DNA of 64,000 bases from a virus (Duplodnaviria; Caudoviricetes). The stretch spans positions 533 through 64,532 of the IMG/VR virus record IMGVR_UViG_3300025543_000001; one strand, written 5' to 3'. The notes beneath the pieces are model-generated. The model saw only the letters and a program-made list of their open reading frames with translations, ran no database searches and had not been told where the DNA came from. Position 1 is the stretch's first letter. Each line of letters begins with the position of its first letter. Shown here in pieces: positions 30,795 to 42,700 of this stretch. A program made the position numbers and the translations under genes.

Positions 30795-33700
30795 ATGAAC
30801 GAACAGGTAATTGACGACTTATATGCGCGAGCCTTACAGAGTGGTTACAAGAAAGGACGTGCTGATTTCGTTCAATTGATACAATCAAATGATGATGTAT
30901 TCAATGATATGTATCAGTATGTTCAGTCTAAGGGATATGCTAAAGACGCTCAAAGTTTCTCCTCCCTTGTAGGAAAGCGAACCGCCCCCACTGTAAAAAA
31001 AAAAGTTACGGCATCCGTATCGGAGCCTGGTTCTTTGGTCTCACCAGAGCCTCAAGTACCTGTTGCAGAGGCTGTCGTTGAGGAAGAGGTTCAGGACTTA
31101 ACGGTTGCTGAGCCTGACTTCTTTGAGGAGCGTATGGCTATGGTATCTCCTCAACTTATTGACCGAGGTGATGAGGACCAGGTGGCTCAAGAACTTACCG
31201 ATGTATTTAAGCCATACGGATTTGAGGTAGAGCCTACAAGCATAGGCGATGCGCTAAAGGTAACCGCAGCTAACGGACAGACTATTGAGGTTGACCTTGA
31301 CCCTATGGAGCTTCCGTCTTTCCTAAGCGTAGGGCGCTTTGGTTTTACTGGCGATATGGACACTGAAACGGAGAAGTCAGAAGCGAAAAAGCTACAAAAC
31401 TTTTTGAGAAAAAATCGACAGGAAGGGTTGGATGCTCCTCGTAGGCTTGTAACCCAAGAGCAAATCGACAATAACGTAAAGAAAATTAATGACGCCGAAG
31501 AGGTAATCAATAAACAGTTCTTGTCTTACGTAGAGCGAAAAAGTATTTTTGACGCCGAGTTTGCTGAAGCTTTCCCTGTGAATGACGTGCAGGCAGTAGC
31601 AGCTGACCCAGAGGGGTACAATGATTTTGTACAAAGAGGCAGGGACTTAGATATTGAAGCTCAGGGATTACGTCAGAACGATGAGCTTCTTAAGGAACAA
31701 GGTAGGGAGCTTGATAAGGCGGCTGGAGAGTACACGTCTATGCTTGCCAATAGAGGTGATTGGGGTGGAGGCTTGTGGAACAAAATGCTAACGGGTATCG
31801 GAAGGATTTCTGAAGAGGCGTACAACGTAGCAATGGATAAGGTTACGGGGGCAATCCCTTTGATGACCACCGACCCTGCTTACTACCAGTCTCGTTTTAC
31901 CGAGGAGGCTGAACGAAGAGGTATAACCCCTCCTTACGGGACAGATGGAGCTAAAGCCACCAGAGCTGAGTTCCTGAGTTTTATGACCAGTATAGACTCC
32001 GATGTTCGCAATGAAATTGGAGACAAAGTTGTTGATGACTATAAAAAAGAACGGAAGTTTGGGGAGCCAGTCGATGTAGAAAAGGCTGTGAACCGATACT
32101 CTCAATACGCTGCTTCTGAAAATATGAAGCTGAAGGGTGGTGAACTTGAGGCCGTTCGTAATGGGCTCTTGAATGTACTAGGCGATTCAGAAACCACGCC
32201 TGAGTGGACTCAGCTAAAAGAGCAGGGTTTTTGGGGAGGTGCCTTTTTAGGTTTGGCGGAGTCCATACCAGCTATGGTTATTCCAGGGGGATGGGCGGCT
32301 CGTACGGCGGCTATGTATGGTCAGGTTGCGAGCCATCTAGGGCAGGAGATGGCTAGCATCCCTGAGTTTCAGGATGTGTCTGAGAAAGAAAAAGCTATGT
32401 TCAAGCTACCGCTTGGAATTGTAGTGGGTGCATTAGAAAGTATTGGTTTTAGAAACGTAGTTAATCAAAAGGGATTGCTTAATAGCATACTTATGCAGGC
32501 TCTTAAGAAATCCCCTAAGAATGTAACGGGTAAAGCTTTTAATGATATTGTAGACCGAGAGGTAAACAGTATGATAAGTAGGGGGCTGCTAAAAGTGGGA
32601 GCTGGTGGTCTTGCTGAGTTTGAGACTGGTCTCGCTCAAGAGATTGCCGATATAACAGGTAAAGAAATTTACAATGCTCTAAAAGAAAAGGAGATGTTTG
32701 ATACTCCTGAGTCTTTTGGTGAAGGATTAGAGCAGGTTGTGATTGGCGGACTTCAGGAGGCGGTGGGCGGTTTAGTGTTAGGCGTTCCAAATGCAGTAGC
32801 CACTTCTTCCGTTAAGAAGGATTTTACTGATATGGACGACGCTACGTTTGAGCTTTTTCAAAACGTAAGCAAACAAACGGATAGCGGTCAGTTGAGCTAT
32901 CGCCATATGTTTTATACGAACCTTAAGTCTAAAATTAACCAAGGTAAAATAAGTAAAAAGGAGGCTCAGCAACAAATGGATAACCTCGACGAGGTAATTG
33001 CCGTTAACCGAGATATCCCGTCCGACTTAACGATAGACCAGCAGAAGCGTTCTCTTGGTATCTTACTTAGGAAGAAAGACTTACAGGAACAAATTGAAGG
33101 GAAAGACCCTATCCTTGTGAAGCGTCAGCAAGAAGAACTGAACGGACTTAACAGGGAACTAGACCAGATACTATACGGAACACCAGAAACAGATGCCATT
33201 CAAGAGCCAAGCCCAGAGACGGTGGATGCACCAGAACCTACCCGAGGTAGCGAAGCGGTGGGAGAAGGAGTACCCGACATCGGAGAACCTACCGCAGAGG
33301 TTGAAGCCGAAGACCAAGTTGCAGAAGCGGCGCCGACAGCGGAGGTCGCGGTAGAAGATGACGAGTCTGGAGGCAGTGCTGAATTTAGGGAGTTTAACAA
33401 AGGTCGTCGTAACCTAGAGGAGAAAGGTTATACGCAGCAAGCTGTACGGGACATTATTAGCCAAGCAATATCCTCACTGGATATGGGTAGGGCAGGCGAC
33501 GTAAGGAAATTAGTTAACTCATTTAAAAAACTAAAAGCCGAGTCCATCATACCAAAAGCTGCGGATTTGTCATCGGGAGATACTGTTGGTATGGCGATAA
33601 TGGATTCGTCAGAGAATCTGTCTAATGATATTTACCGTTCACTGGCTAGAGGGGAAGTTTCGTTAGAAGAGTTTCAGGCTTTCGCAAAGAAATTTAATCA

Positions 33701-36700
33701 ACCACTACCTGAAGCTGCGCCTGTGGTAGAAGAAACTGTGTCGGAGCCGACACAAGAGGTGACGGAGGAAGAGCAGGTTGACATCGACGATTTCTTCAGT
33801 GATAAAGAGATAGACGGCGTAGACAAGGTAGATGACAACTTAGTGGTGAACCGCAAGCAGCTCAGCGAAGACAAAGCGGAGACAGCTCAGGACGAGAGAA
33901 AGATAAGCCGCATCAAGCAGATAGCTAAGAAGGCGGCGGTATCGCTGAAGAAGCAGTTCCCTGATGTAAGGATTGTACTTCACGAAACAGAAGGGCAGTA
34001 TAAGCGCTTTGCTGGCAAGCGAGCTCGAGGGGCTTACGTAAAGGACGACAAGACTAAGACTATTCATATCAACCTCAGCATAGCGGACCTCTCAACTGTC
34101 CCTCACGAGGTGTTCCACGCATTGCTTTTGGAGGCTGCTGCAACCGACCCGCAGGCGTTGGTGATAGCGCGTAATATGCTGGAGTCGGTTCGGAAAGTTG
34201 TCGACCCTAAATCCGATATGTCTAAGGCTATCGAGAAGTTCGTCGCTAAGTATGAGGACGTACCTGTCATCCAAGACGAAGAGTACCTCGCCGAGCTGAT
34301 GGGTATCCTTTCGTCGCAGTACCGTACGCTGGACAAGCCAAGTAAAAATACAATCAAGGAGTTCTTGCGTAAGCTAGCCAAGCTAGTGGGTATCGACACC
34401 AAGTTTGGTTTAGATGAGTTCTTCGGTCCTGAGTTCTTGGAGAGAGACGAGCAGGTCATCGACTTACTCAATACCATATCAGGCAAGGTATCCAAGGGGC
34501 AGTTTATTGAGGCGGCTGACGTGAAGACTATGGGTGATATCCTTGCTGAAGCCACTCCAGCTGAGCAAGCACAAGCACAGCGTGAAGTTAGAGACTTCAA
34601 ACGTAAGGAGAGGGAGAGGAAAGCTGCTGAAGACAATCTCATTAACAGGAGTCAGGCTGCTTCTAATTTTACTGACGAACAATTAACCGCATTTGCCAAG
34701 GAAGGTATTCTATTTCACGGCTCTGATATGCAGAAAGAGTTTTTCGATAGCCGTTTTATAAAAGAGTTTAATTACGGATATGGATTTTATTTCACTGGAG
34801 TGCCAGCGCTAGCTCGTAAGTACGGAGATAAACTTTCCTTTGTTGACACCAAGCAGTTTAATTTACTAGACGGCGATGAGGATATAACTCAGGAGGACGC
34901 TCAAGATATGCTTGATAACCTTCCTGGATATGGGCTAGACAATGAGTTTGTAGAGGAATTTCTTCAGGATTATATCGATGATGAGGGTTTTGAAAACGAC
35001 CCACAGTCTTGGTCTATGTTTATCACTGAGTACATATCAGATTATGAATCCAAAGCTGAGATATTTTCTGAATACTTAGAGTCTGAGTTGGGATTCGATG
35101 GTATGACTACTGTTGAGAACGCTGGAAAGGGGGCTGTTCCTACAGTAGCTGTTGTATGGAACTTCGATTTACTCAATGACAACGTCTTACAAGACCCTAC
35201 TAAGGAAAAAGTCATTGAAGAGGAAGCTCCCAAAGAGGTAACTCGAAAAGAAGAGGCTACTAAAGATGTTCTAGACTTTGTATCTCTCGTCAGCAAGGGA
35301 ACGAGTGAGGATGTAATATATCTAAACAATAGGAAGGCTACACCGCGTATGCAGGTGGTTACCGAGGAAGACGGTAAGCCTGTGACGTTCTATCACGGAA
35401 CGGATAAGAAGTTTGACAAGTTCGAACCACAGAAGTCAACGCGTACGATTCTGATGTCTCAGTACGAAGTGAAGACGCCTGCTATATTCTTCACCCCTGA
35501 CGAGGCGGAAGCTCGGGAGTATGGAGATAATATCATCCCCGTAAACCTACAGTTTGAAAAGCTAGTCGAGGACAATATCGACGAGGCGGCTCAAATCATA
35601 ACCGACTACTACGTAAAAGAGAAGGACGGTGTTATCGAAGTGCAGGATGGTGTCGTTGACCTTTCCGATTACTATGACGAAGCTACCGATTCTTACAATA
35701 ACAACTGGGTCAAAGACGTACTTGACGAAGCAGAAGGTATCGACTGGATGCTCCTCGATGAAGAGGCTTTGGTAGAAAAGTTCAAGGAAGCTGGCTTCGA
35801 TGGAACTAAGGTGTACGAAGGAGATAAAGCTTTCTCTGTAGCCACATTCTATCCTGAGAATATCGTAAGGCTAGACCAAGGTGTGGCTCCACGCCAGCAG
35901 GTTTCAATAACAGATACCGATAGTACCAACCCGTCTTTCGAGAAGGGCAGTATGAAAGACTTTAGTGTTGAGGGCGGTATCCTTGAAATAGGTAAAGTTA
36001 AAGGCGCTAAACAATCTAGCGTCCTTCGTCTAAGTGTCGACGAAGATAACCGTAGGCAAGGCAAGGCCACTGAGCTTTTAAAAAGCGCTCTAAATTATAC
36101 TAACGGTATGCTTTCGGCTATGGCGTCTAAGGATGCGGCTGTAGGTTTAAACTATAAGTTGGGTATGCGAGCGTTTTCTCCTGATGGTAATGAATTATCT
36201 CTTGAGGAAACCAAAAATCAACGAGCCGAGAACGCAGGGGAGTCTATCCGTATGGAGCTACCCGATTCTAAAAAGGGCAACAACTACAAAGCCTTTGACG
36301 AAGGGATGGCTCCTCGCCAGCAGGTAGCTGACATACCTCAGTCTGCTAAAAATGTCCTTTACGGAGACAGCGATGTTCTACCAAAACCGTCTAAGAAAAA
36401 GTCAAATTCACAGGTAGCGCAGGACCTAGCTGAGGTAGCGGCTGAGTATTATGGCGGTGAGATAATTACAAGTAAAACGATTACTCCAGAGCAAGAAGAA
36501 ACCATTACTGAGGTAGGTACAGAGGAGGCTATAGCTGCTTTTGAGGATAGTGGAAAGAGCGCAGCCGACTGGTACTCTACAGCGATTGAAAAGGCTATGG
36601 CTGTGGCGGCAGTTATTCACCCATCTCTAAGTTCGAAAGAAGAAGCAAGTAAGTATGAGGCTTTTGCCAAAGAAAAAGACCCTGTAGCGGCAGCGAACTT

Positions 36701-39700
36701 TGTTATGCGCGTCGCCTTGGCTATTACCTCGCAGAACTTAAACGTAGAGGCCAACGCGAAATATGCAAACGAGCAGTTTGATATATTTAAAAAGACAGGT
36801 CGATTTGATGCATCTAGAGAATACGGAACCAAAGCAAAGTCGATATCATCTAACTTAAGACTGGCTAACGTTCTCGTCGAAAAGATTGGCCTGAACGCAA
36901 CAGAGGATTTTGTCCTTCAAGAGTTCAATGTGTCTGAGCTAGAGGTGGCGGCGTCAAAGGCTTTAGGCAAAAACATAAAAGTATCTGGCCTCCGTAACGA
37001 TAGCGTAAACGGAGCGGCTTTATTCGGTCCTAAGATTGGTCAAGGCTTCCTACAGAATCTGATGGGTAAGTTTGACCCCGTAACGATAGACCTGTGGTTG
37101 CGGCGCACTTGGGGGCGATGGACAGGAGATGTAGTGGGAGTGGGAGTAAAGGAAGAACGTATGGCTCGCTTGTTAAATGGATTAAAAGAAGCCAAGAAAG
37201 ACACGGGAGTAGAGGTGCCTGACGTTATGAAAAAACATCGAGTCGTAAGAAAGGTGCGGCCCTCAACGGGCGCCTCTTACGATACGATGTCTGATAAGTT
37301 TATTTCTGAGCTCGAGGAGGATGCAGACTTCAGAGATAAGATAGCTGCTTTTGCTAAAACGCTATCAACTAAAGGAGACCTTATGTACAAGCTCATCAAG
37401 AACGAGCCTATGTCGGACGGTCTTTACAAAGCCTTTATATCTGGTGAGAAGACGTATGGTCAAACAGCGAATCAGTTACAGCGTATTAAGGATAAGCTTT
37501 CGGCTAAGTACAAGGACTATGTCTCTAAAGAAAAAGCTAAAGGAAGAACTCCTCTTAAAAAATCAGAGTGGGTAAAAGGTCAGAACCAAAAAGACGGTCG
37601 TGTAAACTCTCCCAATAACGAAGCTATATCAGCTCGTAAACCAGAGTGGGTTAAAGCGGCGACTTCCATAACGAATGACCTCAAGCCAATTGACATACCT
37701 ACCAATCAAGACAGGAAGGTAATTACTCGTATTGTAAACGATATAAAAAAGCGTATGACCGAGCAAGGGTACCCCGTTACCAACGCTGACGTTCAGGCTT
37801 TGCTCTGGTATCCCGAGAAGGATATCTGGGCTAAACTAAGGGGAGAAAAAGAGTCTAACTTAAAACAATCTTATGATGACCAATTCATTAAAATCGCAGA
37901 GCAAAAAGGGCTCGGAAAAGAAGCCAAGTCAGCCGCAGAAAATGTTGAGCGTAAACGAGCCGCACAACCTAGCGGAGTTGATGAGCGAAAAACAGATGTC
38001 GGAGTTTCTCGACTTACTGATAAAGAAGGCGTAGCCCCTCGCCAGCAGGTTATCGAGGACGTGACGGCAAAAGAGCTTGACACTCCGTTAGACAGGCAGC
38101 AAAGGGTGTTTAGGTCTGGAGACTTAGAAAATAAAGCTGAGCCTCGGTGGAAGTTTAGGTCTAGTCGAGAGACTGGTCATTTTGGAACAGGGTTTTACTT
38201 TTTTGGAACTAAAGAGCAAGCAGACAAGTACGACGCTAGGGATGTATCTGAGCTTGATATCGATAAATACAACTTAGCAAAGGCGACTAAAGAACTTCAC
38301 CAAGCACTAAGAGTAATCAACGACCGTTACAATGAGTATTATACAGCTGAAGCTGTTGATGAACTAAAAAAGGAACCTTTAAGGCAAGCGGTGCCTACTT
38401 TTTTTATTGAAGAGGTAGCTGAAGCAGCGGGGATGGATGTCATCAGTGAAGCTGAGGCAGAGGCCGCAGCAACAGAGGTGACAAAGGCTTTGACGAAGGA
38501 TGGCAACCCTGCGTTCGGGGACTCTGTTTCTACTCTAGTGATGAAGGCCCTGGGATTTGACGGTGTAAATGCTGTAGGGACTAGTTTGGACAACTCAAAA
38601 TACGGCACAGTAATCTATGACCTTAAAGAAGACGTAGCCCCTCGCCAGCAGAAGCCTTATCCATCAGGCCCCGAAGAGGCTGCAAAGATGGGCTACCTCG
38701 TTCACGCTTCAGATAAGTCTCGCGACTCATTTGACAAGAAGTTCATCAAGGGCAGAAACAGAACAGAACTGGGCGCGTTAGGTTTTTACTTTACAGCTAA
38801 CGCTCAGAAGGCAAAGGACTACGGAGGTGAATACACCTACATAGACCCCGCGGATATGAACCTGTTAAACCTCGACGAGGTAAAGGGAAATAAACTACAA
38901 GGCTTCCTGTCTGACTTAGAAAGAAATCTAGGTAAATTGTCATCCTACAGAATGCGGCTTATAGCGGCTCAAGACAAAACTAGAAGCATTTCAGAATTCA
39001 ACGAGCTTGATGCCGAACTAAAAAAGGTTGACGCTCAAATAAAAGCCCAGTCTCCTTTTGGCACATCGGCTAGTTCTCAGGATAGAGTGCTTAAGGCGTT
39101 AAAGAAGGCGAAGGCTAAAAATCTTATGGAAGCCTATAGGGTGTCTGAATACGCAATAGAGAGTAGACTCGGCAGAAAAAGCGATACTGACGCAGCGTTT
39201 AGCGATTTGCTTTTTAACGCTGGATACGACGGGATTTACGAAGGACCTGGCTTATACAAGGTAGCAATTTTCGATATAGACGGCCTAAATGATGCTATCG
39301 TAAGGGATGACGTAGCCCCTCGCCAGCAGTTGAGTGATATCGCTACTCCGCTTCCGCGTCAGCAGAAGTCGGTACGTGAGGTGGTGCAGCAGGCGCGAGA
39401 CAATAACTTCAAGGACGCAGCAACCAAAGACTTCCTCCAGCGTAAGGGTGTACCAACAGCAGATATCGACAAGGCCATCAAGACCTTGGACGATGTGTAT
39501 GCCCGAGTGATGAAGGAGATTGACGGCGTCATCACTAAGTCTCAGAAACGTGGTGTCGACTTCGACACACAATTGAAGAACGCGCTGGCTTACCTACAAG
39601 GCACTAAGCTCTACGAGGATACCACTGATATCCACAGGGAGAAGTTGATGCGTGAGGTACGCGCTAAATTCGATAAGAAAGAGAAGCGAGCACCGTCAGC

Positions 39701-42700
39701 GAAGCGTATCCTTGGAAACATCAAGGACGTCAAGAAGGTGACGCTATCCGAGAAGGAGGCGCTCAAGATGCAGCTGAGGCTTGTCGCTAAGACCGCTAAG
39801 ACCACAGCTAGAGCTTTGGTGGTGGCGGGCAATGAACTGACTAAGTCACTGAAGGAGATGGTCAAGGGTGGTGTCATCACTGCCAATCAGATGAGCTCTG
39901 TCCTGCGTCGGTTCAGCCGAGTGGACTTGTTCAACCCTGCCAGCATCGATAGCTTCTTGGACTATATGGCTAAGATATTCGCCGATGCGGAGTACGGAGC
40001 GAAGATTGCTAGAATCAAGAAGCTACTTCCCCGAGCCAAGAAGAATATAAAGTCTAAGATTGGCGTTGCCGACGTGCTCGGAGATACCCTCACTAAGCTG
40101 TTCAATGTCAACCCTACGTTGATACCGATGGAGATGCTTGAGGACTATCAAAATCTCCTTGAGATGATGGGTGCTGCAAAGAAGGTGCTCCCACTTGCAG
40201 ACATCAACGACGTAACGGAGATGGCTAATAAGCTCCTGAACGCGGTGTACGAAGAGGTATCTATGGCTGAGGACTTGGCCGAGGTATTTGCGAACTACGA
40301 GAATAAAGTCATCAAGGACGGTAAGCTCGACTACGCAGCTACCGTTCGCGCTATGATAGCTGACCAGACCATATCAGAGGCGGAAGCCACTGTAATGATT
40401 AAGTATAAGTCTCGTATCGTAGAGCCTACAAAGAAAGAACCTAAGACCGAGGCAGAGCTAGCCGAGGAAAGGGCGGCACTTATGTCGGCGGTTGAGGCTG
40501 CCAAGGTCAACGTCTCGCGTCTGGTTATGGAAGAGGAACGAACCCTAGCTCGTCAGCTCTCCAAGCTGATGCGTACCGAGGCTATCGAGAGGCTCAGCAA
40601 CCAGCAACTAGAGACGCTGCTAGCTGTCATCGACAACATCAACAACGGCTTCGTGACCCACGCGGCTAATAGGTTGTATGTAAATATGAACGCTTTAAAC
40701 AATGATAATCAATTGGCAGACTCTTTACAGGAAGCTGACCCGTTATCCATATCAAAGTTTGTAGCCAAGGTAAAAGGTGGTATTACTCAGAATAATAAAT
40801 TCTTTGAAGCTATCAAGAGACGACCATTGGCATATATAGATTCATTGTTCGGAGACTTCAAAACTAACCGTATATACAACTCTGTATTTAGACCATTGGC
40901 AAAAGCTTTTGATTCTATGAATGTAGAGATTCAAAGAATCGAGGAGCGGTTAGATAATGCAGAAAATGTAGTAAGAAAGTCTTTTAAACGCAATCCAAAT
41001 AAAGTTCGCTTGTCATCGTACAAGAGGATGACATATATGTTACAGCGTGAGTTTGAAGCTAATCCTGATAACGGACAGGTAAACCCTGCTGCTGACTTCA
41101 TACGGGCCACCATTGACCACATCAATGAAGGCAAGTCTTTCTTCAAGGGCAGAGACGCAGAGATGCTTCAGCAAATACTTGACGACTTCGGTGTAAGCAT
41201 TAAGGACGCGGACGGAAATGAAGTTATACAGATTGACTCTCAGAAGCTGTACGACTCATTCAATAAAGCAGAGCGAAATGCACTTGCCGTAGCTGAAGAC
41301 ATAAACAAGTCTCTTGCAAGCAAAGCTTCATTTACAGCAGCAGTAATTCAAGGTAGAAGAGCCGATATATTAAACCAGTACGCACACCATAACGTACTGA
41401 GTAGTAGCGAGCAGGCTGACAAGTCAACAAGTATATCAGAAATTCAGAAATACAACCAGTCACTTCGGGCCTCTACCAAAGCTAAGAATTCAATTGAGCG
41501 TACGGGAGCCGTAACTCCATTGAACTTTGATGTGTTAACGTCGGTGTCGCGAGGCGCTAAAATGATGCTAACAGACTTCTACCTTACAGACCCTGTACGC
41601 ACATCACGAAAGACCATATCGAATACGCGTAAAGTTTTAGAGGAAAGGGGCAACGCAACAAAGCAGGACAAAGAAATATTAAACGCAATTGACCAAGCCC
41701 TTGAACTTGCCCTTGACGACGTCTTAACCAAGACTTTTACGCAGGGAACTATGGTAGACAACATCATTCAGTACATATCGAAGACGGGCTACCGAGTAGT
41801 TTTGGCTTCAGTGAGTCGTTTTGGAGCGGAAGGGTTGAGTAATAGTGGATTTGTATCCTTGTTTGCTCCGAAACAAATGGCGTTGGGTTTGTCGAAAGAG
41901 AATATGAAACTGTCCATTGGTAGTGAGGGAACCGCAGTAGATATTCTGTCTGCTCTAGGTAGCACACAAATTTCTAGGTTATTTCCTGACCAGATGCTGT
42001 CTGGACGTATGATTGACACTTCAGTTCTTGGGGAAAAGTCTGGAGATAAAGGGGGTAGAGCTTATGGCGAGGTAGCCAACAAGATGTTGCAGATATATAA
42101 TGGAGTAGTAAAACCTGGGAAAGAGGGTGTCGAGAGGGTGGCTGATGGATTAATATCTACCCCAGATAAAGCCGTTATCCGACCGCTATGGTTTGGGTCT
42201 TTTGAATATAAGTTCGAGGAACTTACAAAGAAGAAACCAGATATGGACAAGATAGCCGCAAACGATGAGGCTTATATGGATGCTAATCAAAAAGCCCTAG
42301 ACGAAGCTACTGACTATGCGGACCAGATGACGACATTTGCTGGAGCCGCCGACAATCCATTCAAAGGTCTTCTTAAAGGCAAGTACCCGTCAAGCGTGAA
42401 GCAGTCGGCTATGCTTCAGGCGTTTAACATATCTAACAGCTTTATGACCCGCTTCTTGATATATGAATTTATATCAGCTCAAATAGGAACGTACGCTATG
42501 ATGGGTAGGGGTATGATTTCTAAACGTCAAGGTGCGGCACTCCTCGGGGCTGTTGCCACCCGTATGGTAGTGTATACTTTGTTAACCACTGTATTTGCTC
42601 AGATATTTAAGCAAGCGTTTGGATTGGGTGATGAGGAAGAAGAGAAAGATATAGAGAAGCAGTTCGGTCAGGCACTGGCCTCTACTGCCGTCAGCCTTAT

